DNA from: a virus
Taxonomy: Duplodnaviria > Caudoviricetes
IMG/VR virus record: IMGVR_UViG_2920693923_000001
Location: 64,001-128,000 of that record
DNA length: 64,000 nucleotides
Strand: one strand, 5' to 3'
A model generated the notes under the pieces. The model worked only from the letters and a program-made list of their open reading frames with translations. It was not told the origin of the DNA and ran no database searches. Shown in pieces: positions 33,140 through 44,107 of this stretch. Position numbers and translations under genes: made by a program. How positions within the stretch are numbered: position 1 is the stretch's first letter; the number at the start of each line of letters is the position of its first letter.

Positions 33140-34378
33140 ATGACAAATTATGTTTTTGTATTGGATGCTGCCGGCAAACAGTTAGCCCCAACAAAAGAAA
33201 CAAAAGCATGGTTTTTTATCCGTAAGGAACATGCAACATTGGTTAGTAAATATCCAATGGTAATACAACTGAATAAAGAAGTTTCAGATGACGAAATCTG
33301 TAAAGATGAGATTCGTTGTGGAATTGATGACGGTGGACTTCATGTGGGTATTGCTTTAGTTCAGAAATGTCAAACAAAAAACAAAGTGGTTTTTAAAGGA
33401 ACGATTGAACAACGCAATGATGTAAAACATCTTATGGATGTCAGACGTGGATGCAGACATTATCATCGTTATCATAAACGGTATAGACAATCAAGATTCA
33501 ATAATCGCTCTTCGTCAAAAAGAGGAAGAATTGCTCCAAGTATTTTACAAAAGCGTCAAGCCACAGTAAGAGTTATAAATCAGCTTAATAGATGGATACA
33601 TATAACAAATTATTGGTTGGAAGATGTTTCTATTGATATACGAGCATTAACCGATAGTTATAAATCTTATAGCTGGCAATATCAAAAATCTAATAGGCTG
33701 GATGAAAACATCCGTAAAGCAGTGATTCTAAGAGATGAGTGTAAATGTATGGAATGTGGAAAATCTAATTGCAGATTAGAAGTTCATCATATAAGACCGA
33801 GAAGATTAAATGGCTCAAACACACTTAGTAATCTTATTACATTATGTGAAAAGTGTCTTCAGAAAACAGAAGGTAGTGAAGAACTATTTATGGATAAATA
33901 TTTCTCTCTGTTAAAATCTTCTGATAATAAAAATCTTAATTATGCTCAACATGTAATGATTGGTAAGAAATGGCTTAGAGAACAATTGTCAAATTTAGGA
34001 TTATTATATCTGACAAATGGTGGAGATACAGCAAATAAACGTATTGACTGGAATATTGAGAAATCACATTCTAATGATGCTATATGTATCACTGATTTAC
34101 AACCTGATACATGTGATGTAAAAGAATGGACTATTAAACCTATGCGTAGACAGAGTAAAGCAAAAACAGATAATGTTTTAGGAATCAAGCATAGGGATTT
34201 AGTAGAATATACATTCAAAAATGGTGAAACTCATAAAGGGTATGTAACGGCGTTGTATCCAAAACAAAACGCAATAAATTTTCAAAGTCCTACAAAACAT
34301 TGTAAGAAAGTTAATGCAAAGAAATGTAGGTTACTTTGGAAATTTAATAAAATATATTGGTTAGATAATGTGTCTTGA
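33140..34378 (+). CDS. iscB: IscB RNA-guided endonuclease (OMEGA)
   Basis: PLMP-like VFVLD..GKQLAPT, RuvC-I GIDDG, Arg-rich helix [10 protein letters not shown], RuvC-II LEDV, HNH EVHHI..GSN..NLITLC, RuvC-III KSHSNDA. Confidence 0.92.
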   Translation: MTNYVFVLDAAGKQLAPTKETKAWFFIRKEHATLVSKYPMVIQLNKEVSDDEICKDEIRCGIDDGGLHVGIALVQKCQTKNKVVFKGTIEQRNDVKHLMDVRRGCRHYHRYHKRYRQSRFNNRSSSKRGRIAPSILQKRQATVRVINQLNRWIHITNYWLEDVSIDIRALTDSYKSYSWQYQKSNRLDENIRKAVILRDECKCMECGKSNCRLEVHHIRPRRLNGSNTLSNLITLCEKCLQKTEGSEELFMDKYFSLLKSSDNKNLNYAQHVMIGKKWLREQLSNLGLLYLTNGGDTANKRIDWNIEKSHSNDAICITDLQPDTCDVKEWTIKPMRRQSKAKTDNVLGIKHRDLVEYTFKNGETHKGYVTALYPKQNAINFQSPTKHCKKVNAKKCRLLWKFNKIYWLDNVS

Positions 34379-34436
34379 ACACATTTGTCTATATTTGAAC
34401 ACAATTACTTATATTTAATCAAGGAGGAAGATATTT

Positions 34437-35894
34437 ATGATGGCAGTAGGAAAAATTAGAGAAGAAAATATTCCAGTAATCAATTACACAGAGGAAGTAA
34501 AAGAGGGTGATGTCAATGATAATCAGGACGTGCAGCGATACTTTTGTAGTGATGATCCATTTGTTAATGGAATTGGTGTTACTGTCTTAACAGGAGATTA
34601 TCTTCCTCCATTGATTTTAGCAGAAGTTCCTATTAAAGATGGAATTGTTCAAAAATATATTGGTGACGGATTACAGCGCACCACTGCATTGATGCAGATT
34701 CGTTATGGAAATTACAAATTTACTAAAAACATTGAAGACAGCGAGATTGAGTATCAATCAAAAGTCTTCGATGAAAATGGCGTGGCAGTTAGAGACGAAG
34801 ATGGGAATTTTGTATGGGAAAAGAAAATATTTGATATAAAAAATAAGACATATGATGATTTTCCAAAAGAACTAAAAAAGAGATTTGATAACTATCAGCT
34901 TCGGATTGTAACATATCAGAATTGTACTATGGAAAAGGTTAGTAAATTAGTTAGAAAACTAAATAACCACAAAGGAATGAATGCAAGTCAGAAAGCATTG
35001 ACTTGGATTCCTACATATGCCAGACAAGCAAAAAGTATTGGAGAAGAAGGTTTCTTCAAAAATTCAATGACATACTCAGGTACAGATAGAAAAAATGGAA
35101 ATTATATTCAGCTGGTTTGCAATAGTGTAATGGCTCTTTTCCATATAGATGAATTTAAAAAAGATTCAAAATCGGCGAATGCTATGCTTGAAGAAAAAAG
35201 TAATCATCAGGAATTTGAAACAGTAAGGAATATCCTTCAGAGAATGGAAAAATGTTGTAGATCATCTTGTAAAGATGTTTTTGTAAAGAAAGACATATCG
35301 ACATGGGTAGTTGTATTTGATAAGTTCAGCAGATTAAATCTTCCAGATGCTAAATTTGCTGAGTTTGTACAGGCGATTCCAACAAAATTACATAATGTCA
35401 AAGTAGGCGACTGGTCATACGATTTATTATATAAAGAACCAGGTACAACAGGTAAAAAACTTGTTGCTCAGAAAATTGATACATATACAGCATTAATGAT
35501 GGATTATTTACATATTACAGAAAATCAGACAGAGAATAATTCAATAGACAATGTTGAGTTGTCAGAAGAAATTACGCCATTGCAGTTCATTAGAGAGAAT
35601 GTATCAGAGAGAGTATCAGAAGATGATGTGGATGATTATTATACTTTAATGGATGACTTCAAAAATTTAGATGGAGTAAACAAAGAATCACCATTTTTTG
35701 ACTACCATAATGAATTGGCATTTTTAGGTATGATTGCATATTCATTTAAGAGTGACAAAGATCTGGATAATTGGTTAGTTACATATACTAACAAAGATAT
35801 TTCTTATAGTAATGATCAGGTGGTAAATTTGGATAATATGTTGGCTGATTTTAAAGAATTTGATAAGAAATTAACTCAAAAATTATCAGCATAG
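34437..35894 (+). CDS. DUF262-like (ParB-fold) protein
   Basis: VQR...LPPLIL...IGDGLQRTTAL...LNN. Confidence 0.7.
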   Translation: MMAVGKIREENIPVINYTEEVKEGDVNDNQDVQRYFCSDDPFVNGIGVTVLTGDYLPPLILAEVPIKDGIVQKYIGDGLQRTTALMQIRYGNYKFTKNIEDSEIEYQSKVFDENGVAVRDEDGNFVWEKKIFDIKNKTYDDFPKELKKRFDNYQLRIVTYQNCTMEKVSKLVRKLNNHKGMNASQKALTWIPTYARQAKSIGEEGFFKNSMTYSGTDRKNGNYIQLVCNSVMALFHIDEFKKDSKSANAMLEEKSNHQEFETVRNILQRMEKCCRSSCKDVFVKKDISTWVVVFDKFSRLNLPDAKFAEFVQAIPTKLHNVKVGDWSYDLLYKEPGTTGKKLVAQKIDTYTALMMDYLHITENQTENNSIDNVELSEEITPLQFIRENVSERVSEDDVDDYYTLMDDFKNLDGVNKESPFFDYHNELAFLGMIAYSFKSDKDLDNWLVTYTNKDISYSNDQVVNLDNMLADFKEFDKKLTQKLSA

Positions 35895-36546
35895 AAATGG
35901 AGAATACATGAAAGTACAAACAGAACATAGTGGTACGATAACATTTCGCCCGGAGTATTGTTATATGAACCGAAAATTGCTTATACAGATGATCAATCAT
36001 AATAATAAGAAATCATTGGAAAGGGATAAGAATATGAATAAAAGGCAGCGTAAGAAATGGTTAAAGAAACATGGTGAATATGTTAATCCGAAGGAAACTT
36101 GGGATTTGAGCTATACCATTGCAAAGTTTATCATTCCGAGATTAAAATATTTCAAAGAAGAATCATGTTGTTATCCTGGAACTGGTGATATGAATACACC
36201 TGAGAAATGGGATGCTGCCCTCGATAAAATGATTCATGCATTTGAACTAACACTGATGACCGATGATTATTATGGTGTTTGGGACATAAATACGCAACCA
36301 TATAAAGAAGTTAAGCACTTAATCGATCAGAAGCAAGCAGAAGTTGATGAAGGTTTGCAATTGTTTGGCAAATGGTTTCAAGCATTGTGGTGGTGATATT
36401 AACAGGGATTATACATATCATTACCTCACCTCTTATATCTAATACATATGCCAAATCTGGCAATTCTTTGTGTATGATTCCTGTTTAATATATATGAATA
36501 AGAGAGAATAAGTAAGTAGATGACTTGACTAAAGTTGTCTGCCTAA

Positions 36547-36618
36547 TGGGTTATAGCCAAGCGGTAAGGCACAGGACTTTGACTCCTGCATTCGCTGGTT
36601 CGAATCCAGCTAGCCCAG
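36547..36618 (+). tRNA. tRNA-Gln (UUG)
   Basis: TGGGTTA/TAGCCCA acceptor, CAGGA-CTTTGAC-TCCTG anticodon arm, GGTTCGAATCC. Confidence 0.92.
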
Positions 36619-36883
36619 CTATAGGTTTCAAGATTTGAAACTCTTAATCTGTTTTTGTTCATGAGTGCGATGGTAGCACGACAGAAATGACTGACACTAT
36701 AAGATGTGGTTCAATTTTACAATGAACAAACGATATATCCAAATAGAAAGGAGAACAAAACATGGGAATTACATGTAACCCAACTGGATCATTCAAGGGA
36801 GATCTTGCCAAAGTAGATAACAAGATTGCTAAAGCAAAAGCAGAAAAGATTGCTAAGAAGAATTAATGGAGTAGGAGGTCATC

Positions 36884-37110
36884 ATGGATAAATTAGTTGG
36901 TACATACAAACCACAAAAATTGTATTGCTATTCAAAACCGAATGCCATGGAAGGACATAATATTCAGATGATGTGGCAATATGTTATGCAGATTCACTTA
37001 AAGATGCGATGAGTAAATTTAATAGGCTTTACGATTTGAGTTTGTTAGTGGGTAATGTCAAAGAAGTCAGATTCAATGATTTTGGTATATATATTGCCAC
37101 AGATTACTAG
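36884..37110 (+). pseudogene. Frameshifted small gene
   Basis: Good RBS and ATG; a protein-like frame (YSDDVAICYADSLK...ATDY*) continues after an apparent 1-bp loss near 36960. Confidence 0.5.
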
Positions 37111-38123
37111 AAAAAATTCTTTTCTTTGGAAAACTAGGAGGTTTACAGATGGAAATGTTAAAAGAATATTCAGAAAAATACGGATTAAAAGAAGTGGTAA
37201 ATGATTATGGAGAGCATCGCCAGACACGAGAAAGAAGCATTGTATTTCCGAATGGATGGGTTGCTTCTATTGTAGAAAATAATGGTGTTGATACATATAA
37301 GCCAAACGGAGAACACATAAAAGAATTTAAGTCGGATAAGAACTATTCTGTTGCAATGTGTGATTACAATGGATACTTCGATTGGGATATTCTTAATAAA
37401 TATGGAGCAATTGATGGATGTATTTATTGTGACACAGAACTTGAACTACTGGTTGCTTGTGAGACAATCAGGAGATTATAGAATGGTGTGCTTTTTTGGA
37501 TTGTGAGGTGAAAAGATGAGTATTGTGTTATTCGCAATGATTGGAGCTGCCATAAAAGCAGGTATAGACTATTGGATTTGTTATGGAGTGTATTGTACAA
37601 TTGCAGTTTTGAAAATGATAATAAATTTGGTAGAGAATAATTAACAGTAAAGTTCGATTTCATATGGAAGCGAGGTGAAAGTAGATAGTGTCAAAAGGAA
37701 AGAAATTTAACGCTGCCGAAAAACATTTTGAGAAAAAATGTGTAGAGTGGCGAAAGAGGATAAAAGAATTAGAAGAAACGAATAAGCTTCTACACAAACG
37801 AATAAGCGATAACTGTGATGAAATAGAAAAATTACAGATGAAAAATGAATGCTTAGAACAACAGAACCAAGTGCTTATGGAATTAAAAGATATGTCTGTT
37901 GATGATGTTAAAACCTTGATTGCATCAAAAGAGTCAGTTAATAAATTGTCTGGATTGTTTGATGCAATGTCAAAGAGAATGTTTTAACAAGAAAACTTCG
38001 TTTCATTGTAAAAAATTTCTGAGCGATTCAGCTCAATAAAATTCCCAAATTAAAAAGAGAATATAGATATGTAACCAATTAACATTCATATATAAAAATT
38101 ATAGAAAAGGAGAGTACAAACAG

Positions 38124-40724
38124 ATGAATGGATTGAGTAGTAAAGAAGTTCTCAAAAGTAGAGAGCTTCATGGAAGTAATAAGCTTCCTGAACCAAAGTT
38201 GGACAAGTGGTATGACTTCGCAAAGGAGGCATTAAGTGAGAAAATCACAATGATTCTTATTGCAATTGCGGTATTGCAGTTATTCCTTGGAGTCATGGGA
38301 GTAATGGATTTGTCAGATCCAATTATGATTCTTGTCGTATTAGCAATTGTAACATGTATTGCTGTTAAGACTGGACTTGGTGTTCAGAAATCAGCAGCAG
38401 AGTTGAGAGCCAAAACATCAGTCAGGTATTGTGATGTAATTCGTGATGGTAAAGTTCAAACGATTAACAAGGATGAACTTGTAGTTGGTGATCTCGTTTG
38501 TATAGGAATGGGACAAGAGATTTTTGCAGATGGTTATCTCATTGAAGGTAAGATTTCTGTAAACAATGCAGCTATTAACGGAGAAACAAAAGAGTGCAAG
38601 AAAACACCAGTTGAAGGATACGTTCATAAGAAAACTACTTCAACAGATGCTTATACGAATCAGAATTGTTTATTCGCTGGCACAACAGTAATGTCAGGTG
38701 AAGGAAAGATGATTGTCACCGATGTAGGTGTGAATACAGTAAATGGTGATACACTCGTTAAAATGCAAACACTTGAAGCACCAAAGACAGCACTTGATAT
38801 TGCACTTGATAATCTGAGCGACTTCATTTCTAAGTGGGGAACAATCGCAGCCGTTATTACATTTGCAGTGCTTACAATTTCAGGAATTGCACAGGTTGGA
38901 TTTGGAGAATATTTTAGCGGTGGCGTTCTGAATATTATTCAGAAGATCGCACAGAACTTCTCAGTAGCATTAACAATTATTGTAGCTGCTGTTCCCGAAG
39001 GATTGCCTCTTATTGTAAAACTTGTAACAAAACAGAATGTAAAGACAATGGAGAAATTCAATATTCTTGCTAAGAATCCTGGTAAAATTCCAGAGTTAGC
39101 ATATGTTGATATTATCTGTACTGATAAGACAGGTACTCTTACGACAGGTATTATGACTCCAAAGAAGATTATTGATGGCTTTGGTAATGATGTAAATAAG
39201 GATTCAGTTCTTTGGAATAATATCAAGGCAAACATTTCTTTAAATAATAGTGCAACATTTGATTCAGAAAACAATATTACAGGTGGTAATTCAATTGATA
39301 GAGCAGTTCTTAGCCTTGTAAATCCTGAAACATATGCTGACATTCAGAAAAAATATCCAGTTAAGTTAAAGCAGGTATTTAATAGTAGCAATAAGTATTC
39401 AGCTTTTACGACAAAGGATGGAGTTACATACTATAAAGGCGCACCTGAGAAACTGATTGAGCATTGCACAAAAGTAATGGATTCAAGTGGTGAAATTATA
39501 GAGAATAACGACAATGACACATTAAGTAATGCAATTACAGCGATGACAAGTAATGCGATGAGATGCATTGCAGTTACAATGGCAGATGGCGATTTAGTAG
39601 AGAATGAAATACCAAATGACATGACATTCCTTGGAATTATCGGTGTTGTAGATCCTGTAAGAGATGAAGTACCGAGTGCAGTAAAAACAGCACATAAGGC
39701 TGGTATTCAAGTTGTTGAAATCACAGGCGATTGTATTGAGACAGCAGTTGCAGTTGCTACAGAGTGTGGAATTTACAAAGATGGAGATTTAGCACTTACA
39801 AATGATGAATTTGAAGCGATGTCAGATGATGAAGTAAAGAGTATAATTCCTCGATTGAGAGTTATTTCAAGATGCTCACCAAACACAAAACTCAGACTTG
39901 TCACATTAGCACAAGAGATTGGAAAGTCAGTTGCAATGACAGGTGATGGTGTAAATGATAGTCCTGCTTTAAAGAGAGCTGATGTTGGTTTTGGTATGCA
40001 AGGTGGATCAGATGTAGCAAAAGAAGCTTCAGACATTGTATTGACAGATGATAACTTTGCAAGCGTTGTAAAGGCAGTAGAACTTGGAAGAACATTTATG
40101 CACAATATTATGATGTTCCTTGAATTTCAGTTACCTATCAATATTTCACTTCTGATTCTCAGTGTTATCTATCCAATGATTGCAACAGGTGCATTACTTG
40201 CATCGGTTCAGATTCTGATTGTAAATATCATTATGGACTCTCTTAATTCATTATCATTTGGTGGCGAACCTCCAAAGGATGAATATATGACTGAGAAACC
40301 TATTAAGAAAGGTTCTGGCTTATTCATCAGAGGTGCAAAGAAACGTATTGCATTAAGTACAGTAGCATTTATTGCACTTTATGGAATTATTACATTCAGT
40401 CCTATTGCAAATATGTTTGCATCTGAAACAGAAGCTATGACAGCGAGATTCGCATTGTTATGCTTTATGGCAGTATTTAATGGATTTAACATTCGTACAG
40501 AGCATATTAATTTGTTCAATGGTATTGGGAAGAACAAACTGTTCTCAGCCATTGCAATCGGAATTTTTGTAATGACTTTTGCTCTTTGCAACTTTGCAGA
40601 AAATCTTATTAAGGTTACAGCTTTAGATTTCAAACATTGGGTAGTAGTTGTAATTCTAGCGTTTATGGTTATTCCAATTGATCTTATTAGAAAGATTATT
40701 AAGAAGAAAAGAGAGAATAAGTAA
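38124..40724 (+). CDS. P-type (P2, Ca2+-type) ATPase
   Basis: VPEGL, DKTGTLT, KGAPE, ITGD, TGDGVND; about 10 TM segments. Confidence 0.95.
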   Translation: MNGLSSKEVLKSRELHGSNKLPEPKLDKWYDFAKEALSEKITMILIAIAVLQLFLGVMGVMDLSDPIMILVVLAIVTCIAVKTGLGVQKSAAELRAKTSVRYCDVIRDGKVQTINKDELVVGDLVCIGMGQEIFADGYLIEGKISVNNAAINGETKECKKTPVEGYVHKKTTSTDAYTNQNCLFAGTTVMSGEGKMIVTDVGVNTVNGDTLVKMQTLEAPKTALDIALDNLSDFISKWGTIAAVITFAVLTISGIAQVGFGEYFSGGVLNIIQKIAQNFSVALTIIVAAVPEGLPLIVKLVTKQNVKTMEKFNILAKNPGKIPELAYVDIICTDKTGTLTTGIMTPKKIIDGFGNDVNKDSVLWNNIKANISLNNSATFDSENNITGGNSIDRAVLSLVNPETYADIQKKYPVKLKQVFNSSNKYSAFTTKDGVTYYKGAPEKLIEHCTKVMDSSGEIIENNDNDTLSNAITAMTSNAMRCIAVTMADGDLVENEIPNDMTFLGIIGVVDPVRDEVPSAVKTAHKAGIQVVEITGDCIETAVAVATECGIYKDGDLALTNDEFEAMSDDEVKSIIPRLRVISRCSPNTKLRLVTLAQEIGKSVAMTGDGVNDSPALKRADVGFGMQGGSDVAKEASDIVLTDDNFASVVKAVELGRTFMHNIMMFLEFQLPINISLLILSVIYPMIATGALLASVQILIVNIIMDSLNSLSFGGEPPKDEYMTEKPIKKGSGLFIRGAKKRIALSTVAFIALYGIITFSPIANMFASETEAMTARFALLCFMAVFNGFNIRTEHINLFNGIGKNKLFSAIAIGIFVMTFALCNFAENLIKVTALDFKHWVVVVILAFMVIPIDLIRKIIKKKRENK

Positions 40725-40933
40725 TTGAGGAGATGAGAACATGGTAATGAGAGATAAAAGTTATAAAACAGTAGAGATTATTACTCTTATATGTTTTTCA
40801 ATTAGTGTTATTACAGTATGTATTACACGCTTTATTCCATTTATTTTTCTGATATTACTCACATTCCCAATTTCTTTTAAATTATTAAAAGGGAAGGTTG
40901 ACAGCCTTCCCAAGAATAAGGAGGACAAAAAAT

Positions 40934-41512
40934 ATGTCAATTAGTTTAGTTAAAGGTCAGAAGATTGACCTTACAAAAGGCAATGCAGGTTTAAACAAAG
41001 TCGTATTTGGTCTTGGATGGGATACAAATAGATACGATGGTAATGCAGATTTCGATTTGGATGTATCAGCATTTTTTACTGATGATTCAGGAAAGGTAAC
41101 AGGCGAACAGGATTTTGTATTTTATGGTCAGCCACAGCACCCAAGCGGAGCATTGATTTATTCTGGCGATAATAGAACAGGTGTAGGTGATGGCGATGAC
41201 GAGACAATGATTGTTGAGTTAAATAAGATTCCATCTAATATTACAAAGATTAGTTTCTCAGCGACAATTTATGATGCAGAAAATCGTTTACAGAATTTCG
41301 GAATGGTTGATAATTCGTACATTAGAGCATACAACGCTGATACAAATGAGGAACTTTTCAAATATGAACTTAATGAGGATTTCTCATTAGAGACAGGTGT
41401 TATTGCAGGTGAGTTGTATCGTAAGAACGGTGAATGGAAGTTTAATGCAGTTGGTTCAGGTTACAATGGTGGTTTAGCTGCTATTGGTAGAAATTTTGGT
41501 TTGGATTTATAA
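40934..41512 (+). CDS. terD: TerD-family protein
   Basis: SLVKGQ, GLGWD, DLDVSA, GDNRTGVGDGDDE, GEWKFNAVG. Confidence 0.95.
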   Translation: MSISLVKGQKIDLTKGNAGLNKVVFGLGWDTNRYDGNADFDLDVSAFFTDDSGKVTGEQDFVFYGQPQHPSGALIYSGDNRTGVGDGDDETMIVELNKIPSNITKISFSATIYDAENRLQNFGMVDNSYIRAYNADTNEELFKYELNEDFSLETGVIAGELYRKNGEWKFNAVGSGYNGGLAAIGRNFGLDL

Positions 41513-41530
41513 AATGGAAGGAGAATATAT

Positions 41531-42106
41531 ATGTCAGTAAATTTAGTCAAAGGACAGAAAATTAATTTATCTAAGGAAGTAGCAGGTGGTCTTACAAAGA
41601 TTATGGTAGGACTTGGATGGGATGCTGTTAAGAAAGGATTATTTGGCTCTAAGCCAAACATTGATTGCGATGCTTCGGCAATTATTTTGGGAAAAGATGA
41701 TAAGTATCGTACATGTGTTTATTATGGTGACAGATCAGCGGAAGACAGATGTGTGTATCATCATGGCGACAACCTCACAGGAGATGGAGACGGTGATGAT
41801 GAGCAGATTACAGTTGATCTTGCGAATATTACAAATAAGGTTGAGAAGATTGTATTTGTAGTAAATATCTATGATTGTATTTCAAGAAAGCAGGATTTTG
41901 GACTTATCAAGAATGCGTACATTAGACTTGTTGATGAGTCAACTGGTAAGGAAATTTGTAAATACAATCTTTCAGATGATTATGCTGGCAAAACAGCAAT
42001 GGTATTTGCAGAGGTTTATAAGAAAGACGGAGAGTGGAAATTTAACGCTATCGGTCAGGGAACAAATGATTCAAGTATTAGCGAATTAACAAGAAGATAC
42101 AAATAG
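41531..42106 (+). CDS. TerD-family protein (TerZ/YceC-like)
   Basis: GLGWD, GDNLTGDGDGDDE, GEWKFNAIG. Confidence 0.92.
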   Translation: MSVNLVKGQKINLSKEVAGGLTKIMVGLGWDAVKKGLFGSKPNIDCDASAIILGKDDKYRTCVYYGDRSAEDRCVYHHGDNLTGDGDGDDEQITVDLANITNKVEKIVFVVNIYDCISRKQDFGLIKNAYIRLVDESTGKEICKYNLSDDYAGKTAMVFAEVYKKDGEWKFNAIGQGTNDSSISELTRRYK

Positions 42107-42118
42107 GAGGATTTAATT

Positions 42119-42700
42119 ATGTCAGTTTCGTTAAGTAAAGGACAGAGAGTAGATTTAACAAAGGGTAGACCGTCATTAAAAAACATTCTTGTTGGACTTG
42201 GATGGGATATTAATCATTATGACGGAGAAGCAGATTTTGATCTCGATGCCTCAGTGTTTATGACAAAAGAGAATGGCAAGGTTGGCAAGGATGAGGATTT
42301 CATTTTCTATGGTAATCTTGAACATAGTTCAAAGAGTGTAAAGCATATGGGAGACAACCGTACAGGTGAGGGAGATGGAGATGATGAGGTTATTAAGATT
42401 AAACTTGATAAAATCCCATCAGACTATGAGACTCTTGCTGTGACGGTTACAATTTATGATGCTGAGAGCAGACTTCAGAATTTCGGTATGGTTGGAAATG
42501 CATATGTGCGTGTAGTAGACGAAGAGACAGGCGAGGAACTTATTCGTTTCGATTTAAGCGAAGACTTCTCTACGGAGACTGCGTTAGTCGTAGCTGAAAT
42601 TTATAAACATAATGGCGAATGGAAGTTTAAGGCTGTAGGAAGTGGCTATAATGGTGGATTAAAAGCATTATGTAATCAGTATGGAATTGATGCAGAGTAG
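42119..42700 (+). CDS. terD: TerD-family protein
   Basis: GLGWD, DLDASVF, GDNRTGEGDGDDE, GEWKFKAVG. Confidence 0.95.
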   Translation: MSVSLSKGQRVDLTKGRPSLKNILVGLGWDINHYDGEADFDLDASVFMTKENGKVGKDEDFIFYGNLEHSSKSVKHMGDNRTGEGDGDDEVIKIKLDKIPSDYETLAVTVTIYDAESRLQNFGMVGNAYVRVVDEETGEELIRFDLSEDFSTETALVVAEIYKHNGEWKFKAVGSGYNGGLKALCNQYGIDAE

Positions 42701-42709
42701 GAGGACTGT

Positions 42710-43459
42710 ATGACAAATTTTATGTTTATTGTAATTGTGGCGATTGTATTAATTGCACTGGTTCTTTTCTTTACTCCTTTTGGTAAACAGCTTCGAGTAA
42801 AGTTTAAAGGAAGAACGGATGAAGTAATGCGTCAGGATGCACAGACACCAGAAGGTGCTAGAGATTATTACAACGCAGCTATTAGAGAAAAGGAAGATTT
42901 TTATAACAGGGCATCTGCTACATATGCTGAAATCTCAGGAAAACGTGATACAGCAGAAAAAGACTTGTATCAGGCGAATAAAGATATTATGCGTGTTACA
43001 CAGCAGATTAACGCTTGTCTTGATGAAAACAAAGAGGATGAGGCAATGCAGTATGCAATGAAGAAGTCTACTTTGGAGAATAAGATTAATGTACTAAAAG
43101 ATACAATCGAAGAGATGAAAGAAGCACAGGCTCACCAGAAAGACATTCGTGATCAAGCAGCCGAAGAATTGCAGAAACTTAAAGAGGAAAAGGAACAGGT
43201 TCTTTTTCAGATGGAAGCCGATAGCCAGATTATTGAACTTCATCAGAGTATGGATAGTCTTAATACGAATAATGAGAGCGATAGAATGCTTGAAAGAGTT
43301 CGTGAAGGCGCAAGAAAGACAAGAGAACGTGCAGAAGGAAGTAGAATTGCATATGATTCTAGCGCACAGGCTAATGAGAGAAGACTTGCTAATTCTGAAA
43401 GAGAGCGTAATGCTCGTCAGATCCTTGATGATATGAAGAGACAGAGAGGTAATAAGTAA
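42710..43459 (+). CDS. PspA/IM30-like coiled-coil protein with an N-terminal TM helix
   Basis: TM helix, TPE..YNAAIRE, long coiled coils, EDEAMQYA. Confidence 0.65.
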   Translation: MTNFMFIVIVAIVLIALVLFFTPFGKQLRVKFKGRTDEVMRQDAQTPEGARDYYNAAIREKEDFYNRASATYAEISGKRDTAEKDLYQANKDIMRVTQQINACLDENKEDEAMQYAMKKSTLENKINVLKDTIEEMKEAQAHQKDIRDQAAEELQKLKEEKEQVLFQMEADSQIIELHQSMDSLNTNNESDRMLERVREGARKTRERAEGSRIAYDSSAQANERRLANSERERNARQILDDMKRQRGNK

Positions 43460-43593
43460 TGATTGTATTAAACATTGGAGTTTTCGTAATCTGTCTCGGT
43501 GTATGCTTTGGAGCAGGTTTTATTGTAGGAAAACGTAAGAAGAATAAATAATTCAAGAGTTGGTAGGTGTCATAGCCTACTGACTCTATCAAT

Positions 43594-43640
43594 ACACCAT
43601 ATGTAGTGATTGCAAAACACAATACATACTATATATGGTG
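43594..43640. promoter_or_regulatory. Tandem NrdR-box-like pair
   Basis: ACACCATATGTAGTG and ATACTATATATGGTG, starts 32 bp apart. Confidence 0.7.
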
Positions 43641-44107
43641 TATAAATTGTATTAGAAAGAAACGCACATTTCTTGCGGAATTTTGGAGGTGAAAAACATG
43701 AAGATAATTGGCTGGGAAAGAAAAGGTAATGTAGTTAAATTTGCGTTGGGCGATAATCATTTAAAGGATTGGAGTGGCGATGATTGGAATGATGCTCCAT
43801 ATGAACATAATGCATGTACAACTCCTTTATTTGGCATTGAAAAATACTTAGAAGTTGCATTTACATATGAATCATCAATATTAGAACCATGTGATGATTA
43901 TAATTATCACGGTAATTCTCCGTTTTGTATGGATGATTTTAAGGAAAGAAAAGTGCCATTTATGATAATTGATACGACTGGAGAAGAGATGTATTATTCG
44001 AAAGCATTATTGAACAATAAAAATGCTTTTGTTTTTATGGGTGATAATATTGATAAAATTCAATGGGATAAACTCAATGGAACAATTATAGGATAATGAG
44101 GTGAGCA

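Larger units (their letters stand above)
32833..34411 (+). mobile_element. Non-autonomous IscB element (no tnpA)
   Basis: omegaRNA plus iscB between the sigma-like and DUF262-like genes, with imperfect inverted repeats at the ends. Confidence 0.6.

Noticed and set aside
33028-33225. 65-aa ORF upstream of iscB
   Set aside because: It overlaps the omegaRNA and the iscB start, and has no RBS.
38418-40633. Minus-strand ORFs inside the P-type ATPase, and most other minus-strand track ORFs beyond 9 kb
   Set aside because: Antisense shadows of well-supported plus-strand genes, without RBSs.
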